Shown: piece after piece, positions 1 to 9,445 of the stretch | How positions within the stretch are numbered: position 1 is the stretch's first letter | Layout: each line of letters opens with the position of its first letter | NCBI GenBank assembly: GCA_009889685.1 | Contig: WTZT01000001.1 | Span: 1 to 33,637, forward strand | DNA length: 33,637 nucleotides | Direction: 5' to 3' | DNA from: Candidatus Hikarchaeia archaeon HikBin4 | GTDB lineage: Archaea > Halobacteriota > Halobacteria > Halobacteriales > Hikarchaeaceae | Notes under the pieces: generated by a model | Told to the model about the DNA's origin: nothing | Database searches by the model: none | What the model saw: only the letters and a program-made list of their open reading frames with translations | Translations under genes and position numbers: made by a program

Positions 1-1104
1 AATATAAACCATGGAAACGGGGTTCACCTCTACACTGTAGACGGAACTAAATATCTAGATTTGGGAGCTAGTTACGCTTGTGTCCCCGCGGGGCATAACC
101 ATCCCCACATAATTTCAGCAATACAAACCCAACTAGAAAAACTATCTTATGTTCAAGGCTCTTATCCCCTCTCTATCCGCGATGATTTTTACGAAAAATT
201 GGTCCAAATTTCTCCCGGAAACATCCAAAATGTATGGCTTTGTAATTCTGGAACTGAAGCCAATGAAGCTGCCATAAAATTCGCTCGTCACGCGACACAG
301 AGGTCTCAGATCATTTCAACAAGACAAGCTTTCCATGGCCGTACTATGGGGTCTCTCTCTGCTACTTGGAAACCAACTTATAAGAAAGGGTTTGGACCAC
401 TCATTCCCGACTTCGACTTCGTTACTTTTGGAGACATCGAATCTCTAACAGATAGTATATCCGAAGATACTGCTGCTGTTATTGTCGAACCAATTCAAGG
501 TGAAGGCGGTGTAAATCTCCCCCCATCTAACTATCTACAAGAAGTTAGAAAAGCCACTGAAGAAGTCGGCGCAGCTATGATTCTCGATGAAATCCAAACT
601 GGTCTTGGAAGGACCGGTTCATTTTGGAATTGCAATCAGACCAATGTCGTCCCCGATATACTTACTTCTGCAAAAGGAATGGCAAGCGGACTTCCAATCG
701 GAGTGACTCTATGCAAAGATTGGATTGCCGAAAATCCTGGGGATCATGGAAGTACTTTTAGCGGAGGGCCCGTTATTTGCGCCGCTGGAAATGCTACCAT
801 AGACGTCATCATAAATGAGAATTTACCAGAAAACGCGTCCAAAATTGGTTCGTACCTACTCAAAGAATTAAAAGATACTATTGGATCAAAAACACGTGAT
901 ATACGTGGTTCTGGCCTATTACTCGGAATAGAAGTAAAACGTGGATCTGGTCCCATCCTCACCAAACTCGCAAAAGACCATGGGATTCTAGCATTGCCTG
1001 CAGGAAAAACCGTGGTCCGAATTTTACCTCCTTTAACCATAAATCGTTCTCATGCAGATGATTTTATATTAGCAATGAATGATCTCTCAGAGGACGTGCT
1101 ATGA
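1..1104 (+). CDS. argD: [LysW]-glutamate-semialdehyde/acetylornithine aminotransferase, class III PLP (ArgD/LysJ), 5'-truncated by the window edge
   Basis: Frame 1 is open from base 1 (NINHGNGVHLYTVDGTKYLDLGASY), so the TTG at 61 is internal. Motifs NSGTEANE, FHGRT, EPIQGEGG, DEIQTGLGRTG and SAKG (PLP Lys). Coupled to argE and argF. Confidence 0.93.
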   Translation, partial: NINHGNGVHLYTVDGTKYLDLGASYACVPAGHNHPHIISAIQTQLEKLSYVQGSYPLSIRDDFYEKLVQISPGNIQNVWLCNSGTEANEAAIKFARHATQRSQIISTRQAFHGRTMGSLSATWKPTYKKGFGPLIPDFDFVTFGDIESLTDSISEDTAAVIVEPIQGEGGVNLPPSNYLQEVRKATEEVGAAMILDEIQTGLGRTGSFWNCNQTNVVPDILTSAKGMASGLPIGVTLCKDWIAENPGDHGSTFSGGPVICAAGNATIDVIINENLPENASKIGSYLLKELKDTIGSKTRDIRGSGLLLGIEVKRGSGPILTKLAKDHGILALPAGKTVVRILPPLTINRSHADDFILAMNDLSEDVL

Positions 1105-2171
1105 GTTCTAAATGGAGTAAAAAAGAAGCAAAATCTTTACTTTTAGATTTGGTATCTACACCTTCTTACTCAGGACAAGAAACACAATGTGCAGAAAAAC
1201 TAATAGACTTTTTCCAAACTCACCAAAGAGAGGCTTGGATAGACGAAGCCGGAAATGTGCATTCTCCTTTAAATGATGCAGTACTTCTAACTTCTCACAT
1301 GGATACTGTACCTGGGTATATCCCTGTCAAAATAGACGGAGATGTACTTTGGGGCCGTGGCTCTGTGGATGCAAAAGGACCCCTCTCTACTATGGCAATT
1401 TCCGCAGTCACCACCGGAGTAAGTTTTGTGGGAGTCGTCAGTGAAGAGCACAACTCATACGGGGCAAGACATTTAGTCCAAACCCGGACATCTATCCCTG
1501 ATCATGTGATCAATGGGGAGCCCAGTGGGTGGGATGGCATTACCCTTGGATATCGAGGCCTACTCAACGGAACGTATGTGGCAACAAGTAGATCTGGCCA
1601 CACTTCTCGCCCCGAAAAAAATGCTCTCCAAAATGCAATAGATTGGTGGTCCACCGTCGAATCACGTTTTAACGCAGACGATTGGCCTTCTGAGTTTCCA
1701 CAGACAACTCTTGAAAATTCCATTTTCGAACAAGTTACTCCCAAGCCTATTACAATAAATGGTGGTATCAGCGAAGATGGACTTTCTGTAGAAGTCACTT
1801 TTGACGTTCAATTCCGTGTCCCCCCCAATTTATCTGTAGACGAGGTCCGTGAAATAGCAGATAACGAATTAACTACTGGATCCGTTCGTTGGAAAGACAT
1901 GGTCAATCCAGTCATGATGAGTGCTAGAACTCCTCCAGCAAGGGCATTCCGCACAGCAATACGAAAGTTTGGAGGAATTCCTAGACAATTACGCAAAACT
2001 GGAACCAGTGACATGAACATTTATTCCGAATCGTGGGATGTTCCCATGGTTACATATGGGCCTGGAGATTCTTCACTCGATCATGCACCCGACGAACGAA
2101 TTTCAATACCCGAATTTTACCTTAGCGTAGATGTTCTCAACCACGTTTGCAAACGATTATCAAAATTATGA
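1101..2171 (+). CDS. argE: [LysW]-ornithine/lysine hydrolase, M20 family (ArgE/LysK)
   Basis: M20 motifs SHMDTV, GRGSVDAKG, SEE, NGEPSG, GTSDMN and DHAPDE. ATGA overlap with argD at 1101-1104. Confidence 0.92.
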   Translation: MSSKWSKKEAKSLLLDLVSTPSYSGQETQCAEKLIDFFQTHQREAWIDEAGNVHSPLNDAVLLTSHMDTVPGYIPVKIDGDVLWGRGSVDAKGPLSTMAISAVTTGVSFVGVVSEEHNSYGARHLVQTRTSIPDHVINGEPSGWDGITLGYRGLLNGTYVATSRSGHTSRPEKNALQNAIDWWSTVESRFNADDWPSEFPQTTLENSIFEQVTPKPITINGGISEDGLSVEVTFDVQFRVPPNLSVDEVREIADNELTTGSVRWKDMVNPVMMSARTPPARAFRTAIRKFGGIPRQLRKTGTSDMNIYSESWDVPMVTYGPGDSSLDHAPDERISIPEFYLSVDVLNHVCKRLSKL

Positions 2172-3085
2172 CCCACTTATTAGACATAGACGATTTAACT
2201 AAAACGGATATAGATTCCATTTTAAAACTCTCAAAAGAACTAAAACAGTCTCACACTGATGGCAACGTTCCACCTCTACTTTATGGAAAAACACTATCTA
2301 TGTTGTTCCAAAAACCTAGCACTCGCACACGTGTTTCTTTTGAAGTCGGGATGAATATGCTTGGGGGAAATGCAATAACATTTGATTTATCTCAACTACA
2401 ATTAAGTAGGGGCGAAACACTTTCTGACACTACAAAATCCCTTTCTCTTTATGTAGACGCCATTTTAGCAAGAGTCACTGACCATTCTCTCTTAGAACAA
2501 TTATCTTCCACATCTAAAATTCCCATTATTAATGGTTTGTCGGACAAATCCCATCCCTGCCAAGCCCTAGCAGATTTGTTAACTATTCACGAGAATTTTG
2601 GCACATTTGATATCCAAGCCACGTGGGTTGGAGATGGCAATAATGTCGCAAATTCCTTCGCACGAGCATGTTCTATTATGGGGATCGATCTCGTTATAGC
2701 CACTCCCAAAGGGTATGAGCTTTCCTCTGAGACTTTATCTAAAATAGAATCTTCTGACATTTCCTTTTCTACTACAAATGATCCCAAAGAAGCAGTTACA
2801 GAAGCCGATGTCGTGTACACTGATACGTGGGTTAGTATGGGCGATGAATCTACAAGAAAAAAACGTTTATCTGACTTCAATGGTTTCCAAATAAACTCCA
2901 CCTTATTAAGCAAAACCGAAGCTTTAGTTATGCATTGTTTGCCTGCACACAGAAACGAAGAAATTTCTACAGATATACTTGATGGGGACCGATCTTTAGT
3001 CTGGACTCAGGCAGAAAATAGACTACATGCGCAAAATGGATTGTTGGTTCATTTACTCAATCCTATTCAGGACCTTCTGAAATAA
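2168..3085 (+). CDS. argF: Ornithine carbamoyltransferase
   Basis: Motifs STRTR, HPCQ, GDGNNV, DTWVSMG, HCLP and QAENR. Start moved to ATG 2168, which forms an ATGA overlap with the argE stop. Confidence 0.96.
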   Translation: MTHLLDIDDLTKTDIDSILKLSKELKQSHTDGNVPPLLYGKTLSMLFQKPSTRTRVSFEVGMNMLGGNAITFDLSQLQLSRGETLSDTTKSLSLYVDAILARVTDHSLLEQLSSTSKIPIINGLSDKSHPCQALADLLTIHENFGTFDIQATWVGDGNNVANSFARACSIMGIDLVIATPKGYELSSETLSKIESSDISFSTTNDPKEAVTEADVVYTDTWVSMGDESTRKKRLSDFNGFQINSTLLSKTEALVMHCLPAHRNEEISTDILDGDRSLVWTQAENRLHAQNGLLVHLLNPIQDLLK

Positions 3086-3189
3086 AACCAAGTCCTCCAT
3101 CTCAACTTATCAGCTCATAGAAACTTTTGGTATTTGGACTTAAATTTCTTACAATATCCTACATTGCTAATAAAACTTAACCCGATGAG

Positions 3190-3195
3190 TTTAAT
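3190..3195 (+). promoter_or_regulatory. Putative TATA box, leaderless transcript of the class V aminotransferase
   Basis: TTTAAT lies 24-29 nt upstream of ATG 3219, the spacing typical of haloarchaeal leaderless mRNAs. Confidence 0.5.
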
Positions 3196-3218
3196 TCCAG
3201 TTCAAAGGTACTCCGAAT

Positions 3219-4385
3219 ATGGTCGAAGATTTTTTGATGCTAAACCCAGGACCTGTACCTCTCTCAAAAAATGTAAGAGACGAAATGGCCCGTACATTAG
3301 TTTCTCATAGGTCCTCCGAGTTCGCAGAAACATATCAACAATTTAGGGACGGTCTGGACTATGTGTTTCAATATTCTACAGTTGATGGGAGTTCTAGTAA
3401 CGATAACGGAATGAGTATACCACTTATGGGGACTGCAACCATGGGGATGGAAGCCGCAATCACCAATCTAGCTGGTCCAAAAGATGAAGTAGTTGCACTA
3501 GATAATGGAAAATTCGGAGAACGTTTTGTAGACATAGCAGATCGGAATTGTTTGGTCAAACCCATCCGGGCAAACTGGGGAGATTCTTTTGACATGGATT
3601 CTATCAAAGAAACAATTACTCCCAATACTCATGTAGTCGCAATGGTCCACCAAGATACTTCCACAGGAATCATGAACCCTGTTAAAGAGGTCGGAGAAAT
3701 CGCGAAAGAAAATGGGGCATTTTTCGTGGTAGATGGTGTTTCTTGTATTGGGGGGGATGAGTTTAAAATCGACGAGTGGGGCGTAGATGTAGTAGTCGCT
3801 GATGCACAAAAAGCGTTAGCAGCTCCTCCTGGTATCAGCGCAATTTTTGCCACTGAAAACGCACTTGAATCCTTCGATAATGCCCATGCTGGGTATTATC
3901 AAGATTTACCTGCGTATGTCAAAACGACAAAACAAAACAAAACACCATTCACTAGTGCTGTACCTATAGTACGCGCCTTCGTAGTCGCACTAGAGAACAT
4001 AAAAAAAGAAGGAATCCAAAACAGAATCTCCCGTCACCGAACACAAGCCCAAGCAAACCGTGAAGCATTAGCAAATATGGGGCTTCCTATGTTTCCAAAT
4101 TTAAATGATTACAGCAATTACGCAAATACAGTAACCGTTGTCAATCTACCTGATACTATCTCTAGTAATCCTTCGGATCTATTCAATGCAATAAAACAAA
4201 GAAATGTTGCTATCAGCGGGGGGCACGCACATCTAAAAGATCTCATCTTACGTATATCTAACATGGGAGACCTTTCCACTACACAAGTACTTCGTGGAAT
4301 CCAAACTATTGGTGAAGCCTTATGCGATTGTGGGGTTGATGTGGATATCGATTCTGCTCTTGATATCGCAGAAAAAATACTATGA
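3219..4385 (+). CDS. Class V PLP-dependent aminotransferase (serine-pyruvate/alanine-glyoxylate family; candidate phosphoserine aminotransferase)
   Basis: Motifs LNPGPVP, SHRS, NGKFGERF, HQDTSTG, VVDGVS, DAQKAL (PLP Lys), TPFT and RISNMG. Confidence 0.88.
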   Translation: MVEDFLMLNPGPVPLSKNVRDEMARTLVSHRSSEFAETYQQFRDGLDYVFQYSTVDGSSSNDNGMSIPLMGTATMGMEAAITNLAGPKDEVVALDNGKFGERFVDIADRNCLVKPIRANWGDSFDMDSIKETITPNTHVVAMVHQDTSTGIMNPVKEVGEIAKENGAFFVVDGVSCIGGDEFKIDEWGVDVVVADAQKALAAPPGISAIFATENALESFDNAHAGYYQDLPAYVKTTKQNKTPFTSAVPIVRAFVVALENIKKEGIQNRISRHRTQAQANREALANMGLPMFPNLNDYSNYANTVTVVNLPDTISSNPSDLFNAIKQRNVAISGGHAHLKDLILRISNMGDLSTTQVLRGIQTIGEALCDCGVDVDIDSALDIAEKIL

Positions 4386-4409
4386 CCTCTATATACTTTC
4401 TCAATAAAA

Positions 4410-4462
4410 ATACGTAATTATCAGTTATATTTATTCAAATAATTATACGTAATAGTTATATT
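4410..4462. repeat. Imperfect direct repeat with overlapping inverted symmetry upstream of metX
   Basis: ATACGTAAT-TATC-AGTTATATT (4410-4431) and ATACGTAAT-AGTTATATT (4445-4462). TACGTAATTAT (4411-4421) also pairs with ATAATTA(TA)CGTA (4439-4451). Confidence 0.6.
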
Positions 4463-4516
4463 ACCCCGCATAAATATACATAACACAAAACTTTGATCTA
4501 CAAAGGAGAGAACACC

Positions 4517-5734
4517 ATGAACATCACAAGAGATACCGTGGATTTAGGCGAATTCACATTTACATGCGGCGAATCCATTTCAAATCTGGAGCTGGCATAC
4601 GAAACCTATGGTGAATTCACTGGGGATAATGCCATCTTAGTCTGCCACGCACTAACTGGCAGTACACACATCGCTGGTCATCACCGAACCGATACTACTG
4701 GCCAAGCACGTGCATGGTGGGACACGATGGTTGGTCCTGGAAAGCCAATTGATACTACTGATTATTATGTCGTTTGTGTCAATCTAATTGGATCTTGTTA
4801 TGGTTCTTCCGGTCCTTCTTCCATTTCACCAGAAACTGGATCTCCTTATGCCACTACATTTCCCCCCGTCACTGTCACTGACTGGACCCATTCCCAAAGG
4901 ATGCTACTAGATCATATAGGAGTCGGTCGCTTGCACGCTGTTATTGGGGGTTCTGTAGGCGGCATGAATACTTTGGAATGGGCCAAAATTTACCCCGACG
5001 ACGTCAATAAAATCATACCCATTGCAACTGCCGCAAGGTTAGATTCTCAATGTATCGCCTTGGATTCCATAGCAAGTAGAGCTATCACTGGGGATCCAAA
5101 TTGGAATGGGGGAAATTACTACGGTTCTACTCTCCCCTATCATGGATTGGCACAAGCAAGAAGAATTGGTCATGTAATGTATCTTTCAAAACAATCAATG
5201 CTAGCCAAATTTGGCAGACGATCTGCTGGAAGGGATTCACTCTATGACTTTTCACCATCCGATCAGGCAGCAGCATTCTTCCCCTACACTGAAGTCGAAT
5301 CCTATTTGGATTATAATTCTGAAAAATTCACAACTAGATTCGATCCTAATAGCTATCTCTACCTACTCCGTGCGATGGATAATTATGATTTATCTTCTGG
5401 ATATGACTCTGATTTTGATTCAATTTCTGCATTCACAGGAGAAGTTTTGTTGATATCTTTCACTGGGGATTGGCATTTTCCTAGTGCTGCATCCGAAGAT
5501 TTAGCGTGCTCTTTCAGAGATGCCAATATCAACACGGTCCACCATGTCATTGATTCTCCATATGGCCACGATGCGTTTCTCGTAGAGCCAAATAGTGTCG
5601 GTCCTCCTATCTCTGGATTCCTCTCCGATGGAATAAATTCAAGTTCAGTTAACGACACACTATCTGAACACCGCGATTTTCAACCATTGAAAAATAAATT
5701 CGCCCCTGTTCATAACAGCCTTTTTTCCAGTTAA
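4517..5734 (+). CDS. metX: Homoserine O-acetyltransferase (MetX family)
   Basis: Motifs CHALTG, WWD, GSCYGS, GGSVGGM (nucleophile Ser), DWHF and GHDAFL. Start ATG 4517 is preceded by SD-like AAGGAG at 4503-4508. Confidence 0.94.
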   Translation: MNITRDTVDLGEFTFTCGESISNLELAYETYGEFTGDNAILVCHALTGSTHIAGHHRTDTTGQARAWWDTMVGPGKPIDTTDYYVVCVNLIGSCYGSSGPSSISPETGSPYATTFPPVTVTDWTHSQRMLLDHIGVGRLHAVIGGSVGGMNTLEWAKIYPDDVNKIIPIATAARLDSQCIALDSIASRAITGDPNWNGGNYYGSTLPYHGLAQARRIGHVMYLSKQSMLAKFGRRSAGRDSLYDFSPSDQAAAFFPYTEVESYLDYNSEKFTTRFDPNSYLYLLRAMDNYDLSSGYDSDFDSISAFTGEVLLISFTGDWHFPSAASEDLACSFRDANINTVHHVIDSPYGHDAFLVEPNSVGPPISGFLSDGINSSSVNDTLSEHRDFQPLKNKFAPVHNSLFSS

Positions 5735-5740
5735 TTCCTC

Positions 5741-6376
5741 TTATAAAACGTTTTTTTCTGTTAGTATTTCTCTCAATTCCTCTACATTCTCCACAATCAC
5801 ATCGCAATATTCTTTCACAATTTCTTTTGGTTTAAACCCAATCGCTAAACCAGCTATTTCTAACATGGGAATGTCATTACCCCCATCACCAATGGCAACC
5901 ACTTCCCCGATTGGTATTTTTGCCATTGTGCAAATCTTCTCTAGAGCATCCCTTTTTGATTTATGAATAAATTCTCCTCTCACTTTTCCCGTAAGACATC
6001 CTTTATCTACCAAAAGATCATTCGCAACAATCCAATCTACACTTACATTCGAATTTTCTAGTGCTCTTTCTACTCCTTCTGAAAATCCCCCTGTTATGAT
6101 TGCAATTTTTATATTTTTTTCTTTTAAATTTTCTAATAATTCCCCCATTCCTGGGCGTAAATATGTATTCCGGTAAACCTTATCTGCATCATCTTTCGAG
6201 ATGCCTTTTAACAAATCCGTCCGTAAATAGAGACTCTCGTCAAAAGTTATTTCGCCCCTCATTGACCTTTCTGTAATTTCACTTATTAGGGACCTGTAAC
6301 CCACTTTTGTAGCTAATTCGACTATCATCTCACCTTCTGATAATGTCCCATCGAAGTCAAACGCAACAAGCTGCAC
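5741..6376 (-). CDS. serB: Phosphoserine phosphatase (HAD)
   Basis: Motifs FDFDGTL, ITERSMRGEITFDESL, ITGGF, K and GDGGND. GTG start, divergent from serA. Confidence 0.93.
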   Translation of the reverse strand: MQLVAFDFDGTLSEGEMIVELATKVGYRSLISEITERSMRGEITFDESLYLRTDLLKGISKDDADKVYRNTYLRPGMGELLENLKEKNIKIAIITGGFSEGVERALENSNVSVDWIVANDLLVDKGCLTGKVRGEFIHKSKRDALEKICTMAKIPIGEVVAIGDGGNDIPMLEIAGLAIGFKPKEIVKEYCDVIVENVEELREILTEKNVL

Positions 6377-6436
6377 AACACTTTCCAGGTCTCTTTATAT
6401 ATATATTTTCTTAAAACTCCGCATTGCTTCCATAAG

Positions 6437-6448
6437 AAAGCGTTAATA
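6437..6448 (+). promoter_or_regulatory. Putative BRE/TATA of serA
   Basis: GAAAG followed by TTAATA (6443-6448), 25-30 nt upstream of ATG 6473. Confidence 0.5.
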
Positions 6449-6472
6449 ATCGTCGACTAGTTTTCCCAAGTC

Positions 6473-8053
6473 ATGAAGGTCATAGTAGCAGAACCTATTG
6501 ACAACTCTGGATTGGACCTTCTCAAAGAAGCTGGCCATGAAGTTGAATTGGCATATAATTCCACCGAAACAGAACTTTTGGATCTGATTAAAACTGCTAG
6601 TGGACTAATAGTTAGGTCTGGCACTTCTGTCACTAGAACGTTAATTGAGGCCGCACCAAACCTCATTATCGTTGGACGTGCTGGGGTTGGCATCGATAAT
6701 ATTGACCTAGATGCAGCTTCTGACAATGGTGTTATAGTTGTGAACGCGCCAGAAGGAAACATACTCGCAGCAGCTGAACATACCGTTGCAATGACATTTG
6801 CAATAGCAAGAAAAATCCCCCAAGCCCATATTTCTCTTAATGCGGGAAAATGGGAGAAGAAAAATTTCATTGGGTTAGAGCTTAATGGCAAAACCGCAGG
6901 AATAGTAGGATTGGGGAGAGTTGGCCAGGAAGTTGCTAAGAGATTTCTTTCACTTGGAATGAATATCGTGGCATTCGACCCCTATATTTCTCAAGAACGG
7001 GCAGACCAACTTGGAATCACTTTATCAGACTTATCTACTTGTATGGTCCAAGCAGACGTCTTGACAATCCACACTCCCCTCACTCCCGAAACAAAAGATC
7101 TCATTGGGAAAGAAGAACTCAAAAAATTAAAAGGCGGTTATCTAATCAACTGTGCACGAGGCGGGATAGTCAATGAACTAGCATTAGCAGAAGCGATTTC
7201 GAATGGCGTTCTTGCAGGCGCCGCGATAGATGTTTTTTCCGAAGAACCTGTTTCTCCTGATAATCCACTTCTTGGCCTACAAAATGTTATTGTTACCCCC
7301 CATCTCGGGGCCAGCACAGAAGCTGCACAAGAAAACGTTTCTCTTGATGTAACCAAACAAGTAATCGCAGCATTAAGTGGAAATCCCGTTGAAAATTCCC
7401 TTAACTCTCCTTCCATTGACGAGGCAACTTTCTCAAAAATATACCCCTACATTGGTCTTATAGAAACTGCAGGCAATCTTGCCATTCAATTACTCGCAAA
7501 ACCCGTTACTTCTATTGAGTTAACATATTCTGGAGAGATTGCATCTCTAGATGTCAGCATTGTCACGGCAAGTGCACTAAAAGGTGTTTTTACTTCACTC
7601 GAGTGGAGAATTAACTCCGTAAATGCCCTCCGCGTAGCACAGGAGCGTGGGGTTAGTATTCAAGAGAATAAAAACCCTCATATAGATGGTTTCCAAAGCT
7701 TAGTCTCTGTCACTCTTCGAAGCAATGACAAATCCATATGTGTAGAATGCACAGTTTTCGCCAATGATGACCCCCGAATTGTCAGCATAGATGGTTTTCG
7801 AATCGATGCAATTCCTTCTGGTCATGTGCTCATATCTCGAAGTATAGACTCCCCCGGTGTTATCGGATTTATAGGCACTGTTCTGGGTGAGCATAAAATA
7901 AATATTGCGGCAATGTTTAACTCTAGAGAAAATATTGGCGGCAGTGCACTCACCGTCTATAACATAGACGATCCAATCTCCGAAGATATCCATAAACAAC
8001 TGAAATCTGATGATCGTATTACTGATATTTACTACATTTCTCTAACTAAATGA
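6473..8053 (+). CDS. serA: D-3-phosphoglycerate dehydrogenase (long form with ASB and ACT domains)
   Basis: Motifs RAGVGIDNID, AAEHT, GLGRVG (Rossmann), NCARGG and TPHLGAST. C-terminal ACT-like DSPGVIGFIGTVLG...NIA. Confidence 0.96.
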   Translation: MKVIVAEPIDNSGLDLLKEAGHEVELAYNSTETELLDLIKTASGLIVRSGTSVTRTLIEAAPNLIIVGRAGVGIDNIDLDAASDNGVIVVNAPEGNILAAAEHTVAMTFAIARKIPQAHISLNAGKWEKKNFIGLELNGKTAGIVGLGRVGQEVAKRFLSLGMNIVAFDPYISQERADQLGITLSDLSTCMVQADVLTIHTPLTPETKDLIGKEELKKLKGGYLINCARGGIVNELALAEAISNGVLAGAAIDVFSEEPVSPDNPLLGLQNVIVTPHLGASTEAAQENVSLDVTKQVIAALSGNPVENSLNSPSIDEATFSKIYPYIGLIETAGNLAIQLLAKPVTSIELTYSGEIASLDVSIVTASALKGVFTSLEWRINSVNALRVAQERGVSIQENKNPHIDGFQSLVSVTLRSNDKSICVECTVFANDDPRIVSIDGFRIDAIPSGHVLISRSIDSPGVIGFIGTVLGEHKINIAAMFNSRENIGGSALTVYNIDDPISEDIHKQLKSDDRITDIYYISLTK

Positions 8054-8063
8054 ACAAATGTTT

Positions 8064-9326
8064 TTAGTTTAAAATAACCCGCATAACTTCTTCCACATTT
8101 GCGGGAACTTCTTTCGGAGCCTCTCTCGAAAGACTTGCAGCATCTGGATCTTTTAGCAATGTTCCTGTAGCTAAACAAACAACGTATTCTTCTTTCTTTA
8201 TCACTCCGCTAGAACGCAGTTTCCTCAACCCTGCAACCGAAGCAGCAGAAGCAGGTTCCACTCCAATTCCTTCTTCTGCCAATTCACATTGAGCTGCTAA
8301 TATTTCTTTATCTGAAACAGTTATAGCAGTCCCTCTGGTATTCCTTATGGCTGGAAGTGCTTTCGGAGCATTCACTGGATTTCCAATCCTAATCGCAGTC
8401 GCTCTTGTTTCTACACTTGGCCACCTCTGCACCTTATCATATCCATTTTGTATTGCTTCAACAATAGGTGCGGCCCCTTCCGCCTGTATTGCTGTGATTT
8501 TTGGTACCTCTTCTACTTTAAGAGCCCCACTAGCCACTAATTCTCTAAAACCTTTGTACAATGCTGCTGCATTCCCAGCATTACCTACTGGCAATACAAT
8601 TCTGTCTGGATATCTACCTACTTCTTCTAGCGACTGTTCAAGTATTTCAAATCCAATAGTTTTCTGACCTTCCAATCGAAATGGGTTTACAGAGTTCAAT
8701 ACATAAACCTCACCTTCCTCTGCTAGCTTAGTAACAATGTCAAGACATTCATCGAAATTTGCATCTAACTGTAATACTTTTGCACCGTGCAAACTCGCTT
8801 GAGCAATCTTCCCCAATGCAACCTGACCTGCGGGAAGCAAGACAATTACTTCTAAACCCGCCCTCGATCCATAAGCTGCCAAAGACGCACTAGTATTCCC
8901 TGTTGAAGCACAAGCCAGCCTTTTCGCACCCAATTCTTGAGCTACCCTGACTCCCACCGTCATTCCCCTATCTTTGAAACTCCCTGTTGGATTCATTCCC
9001 TCATGTTTAATCCTCAAAGCTTCTACGCCGACATCAGATTCTATTCTTGGCACTGTATATAGTGGAGTATTTCCTTCTTTTATGCTAACTCCCATCTCAA
9101 ACGGTAATGAAGCCTTATACCGCCAAACACCACTCCCTGAAAAATCTTCAAATGTTGGAAGGTTTTCATATCTTACTTCCAATAATCCTCTGCACTTTTG
9201 GCATCTATATATCACAAAATCGAATGGTGGATATGTTTTTCCACATTCAAAACAAGTTAACCAAACATCTCCTTTAATGGAACTAGGTTTGCTTTGCCCA
9301 ATATCTTCAATTGTTAGGTTTGCCAT
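8064..9326 (-). CDS. thrC: Threonine synthase
   Basis: N-terminal CxxC...CxxC, then EGNTPL, NPTGSFKDRG (PLP Lys), ASTGNTS, RLEGQKT, PVGNAGN and EPASA. ATG at 9326 preferred over TTG 9329. Confidence 0.95.
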   Translation of the reverse strand: MANLTIEDIGQSKPSSIKGDVWLTCFECGKTYPPFDFVIYRCQKCRGLLEVRYENLPTFEDFSGSGVWRYKASLPFEMGVSIKEGNTPLYTVPRIESDVGVEALRIKHEGMNPTGSFKDRGMTVGVRVAQELGAKRLACASTGNTSASLAAYGSRAGLEVIVLLPAGQVALGKIAQASLHGAKVLQLDANFDECLDIVTKLAEEGEVYVLNSVNPFRLEGQKTIGFEILEQSLEEVGRYPDRIVLPVGNAGNAAALYKGFRELVASGALKVEEVPKITAIQAEGAAPIVEAIQNGYDKVQRWPSVETRATAIRIGNPVNAPKALPAIRNTRGTAITVSDKEILAAQCELAEEGIGVEPASAASVAGLRKLRSSGVIKKEEYVVCLATGTLLKDPDAASLSREAPKEVPANVEEVMRVILN

Positions 9327-9445
9327 CAATGATTCTTGATTGGTGCCCGCGGTGAAAAAAGGAGTGGTATATGCAACCTAACAATCTAACCTCTCTTAAC
9401 CCCCATCAAGATAGTTTCAAAAACCTCGGAAACATATATCTGCCA

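Noticed and set aside
3195..3208. TTCCAGTTCAAAGG resembling an ORB origin box
   Set aside because: Single copy with several mismatches to TTCCAGTGGAAAC, no G-string, no orc1 nearby and no visible skew switch.
6396..6406. (TA)n microsatellite
   Set aside because: Short and positioned as the TATA element of serB, with no evidence of phase variation.
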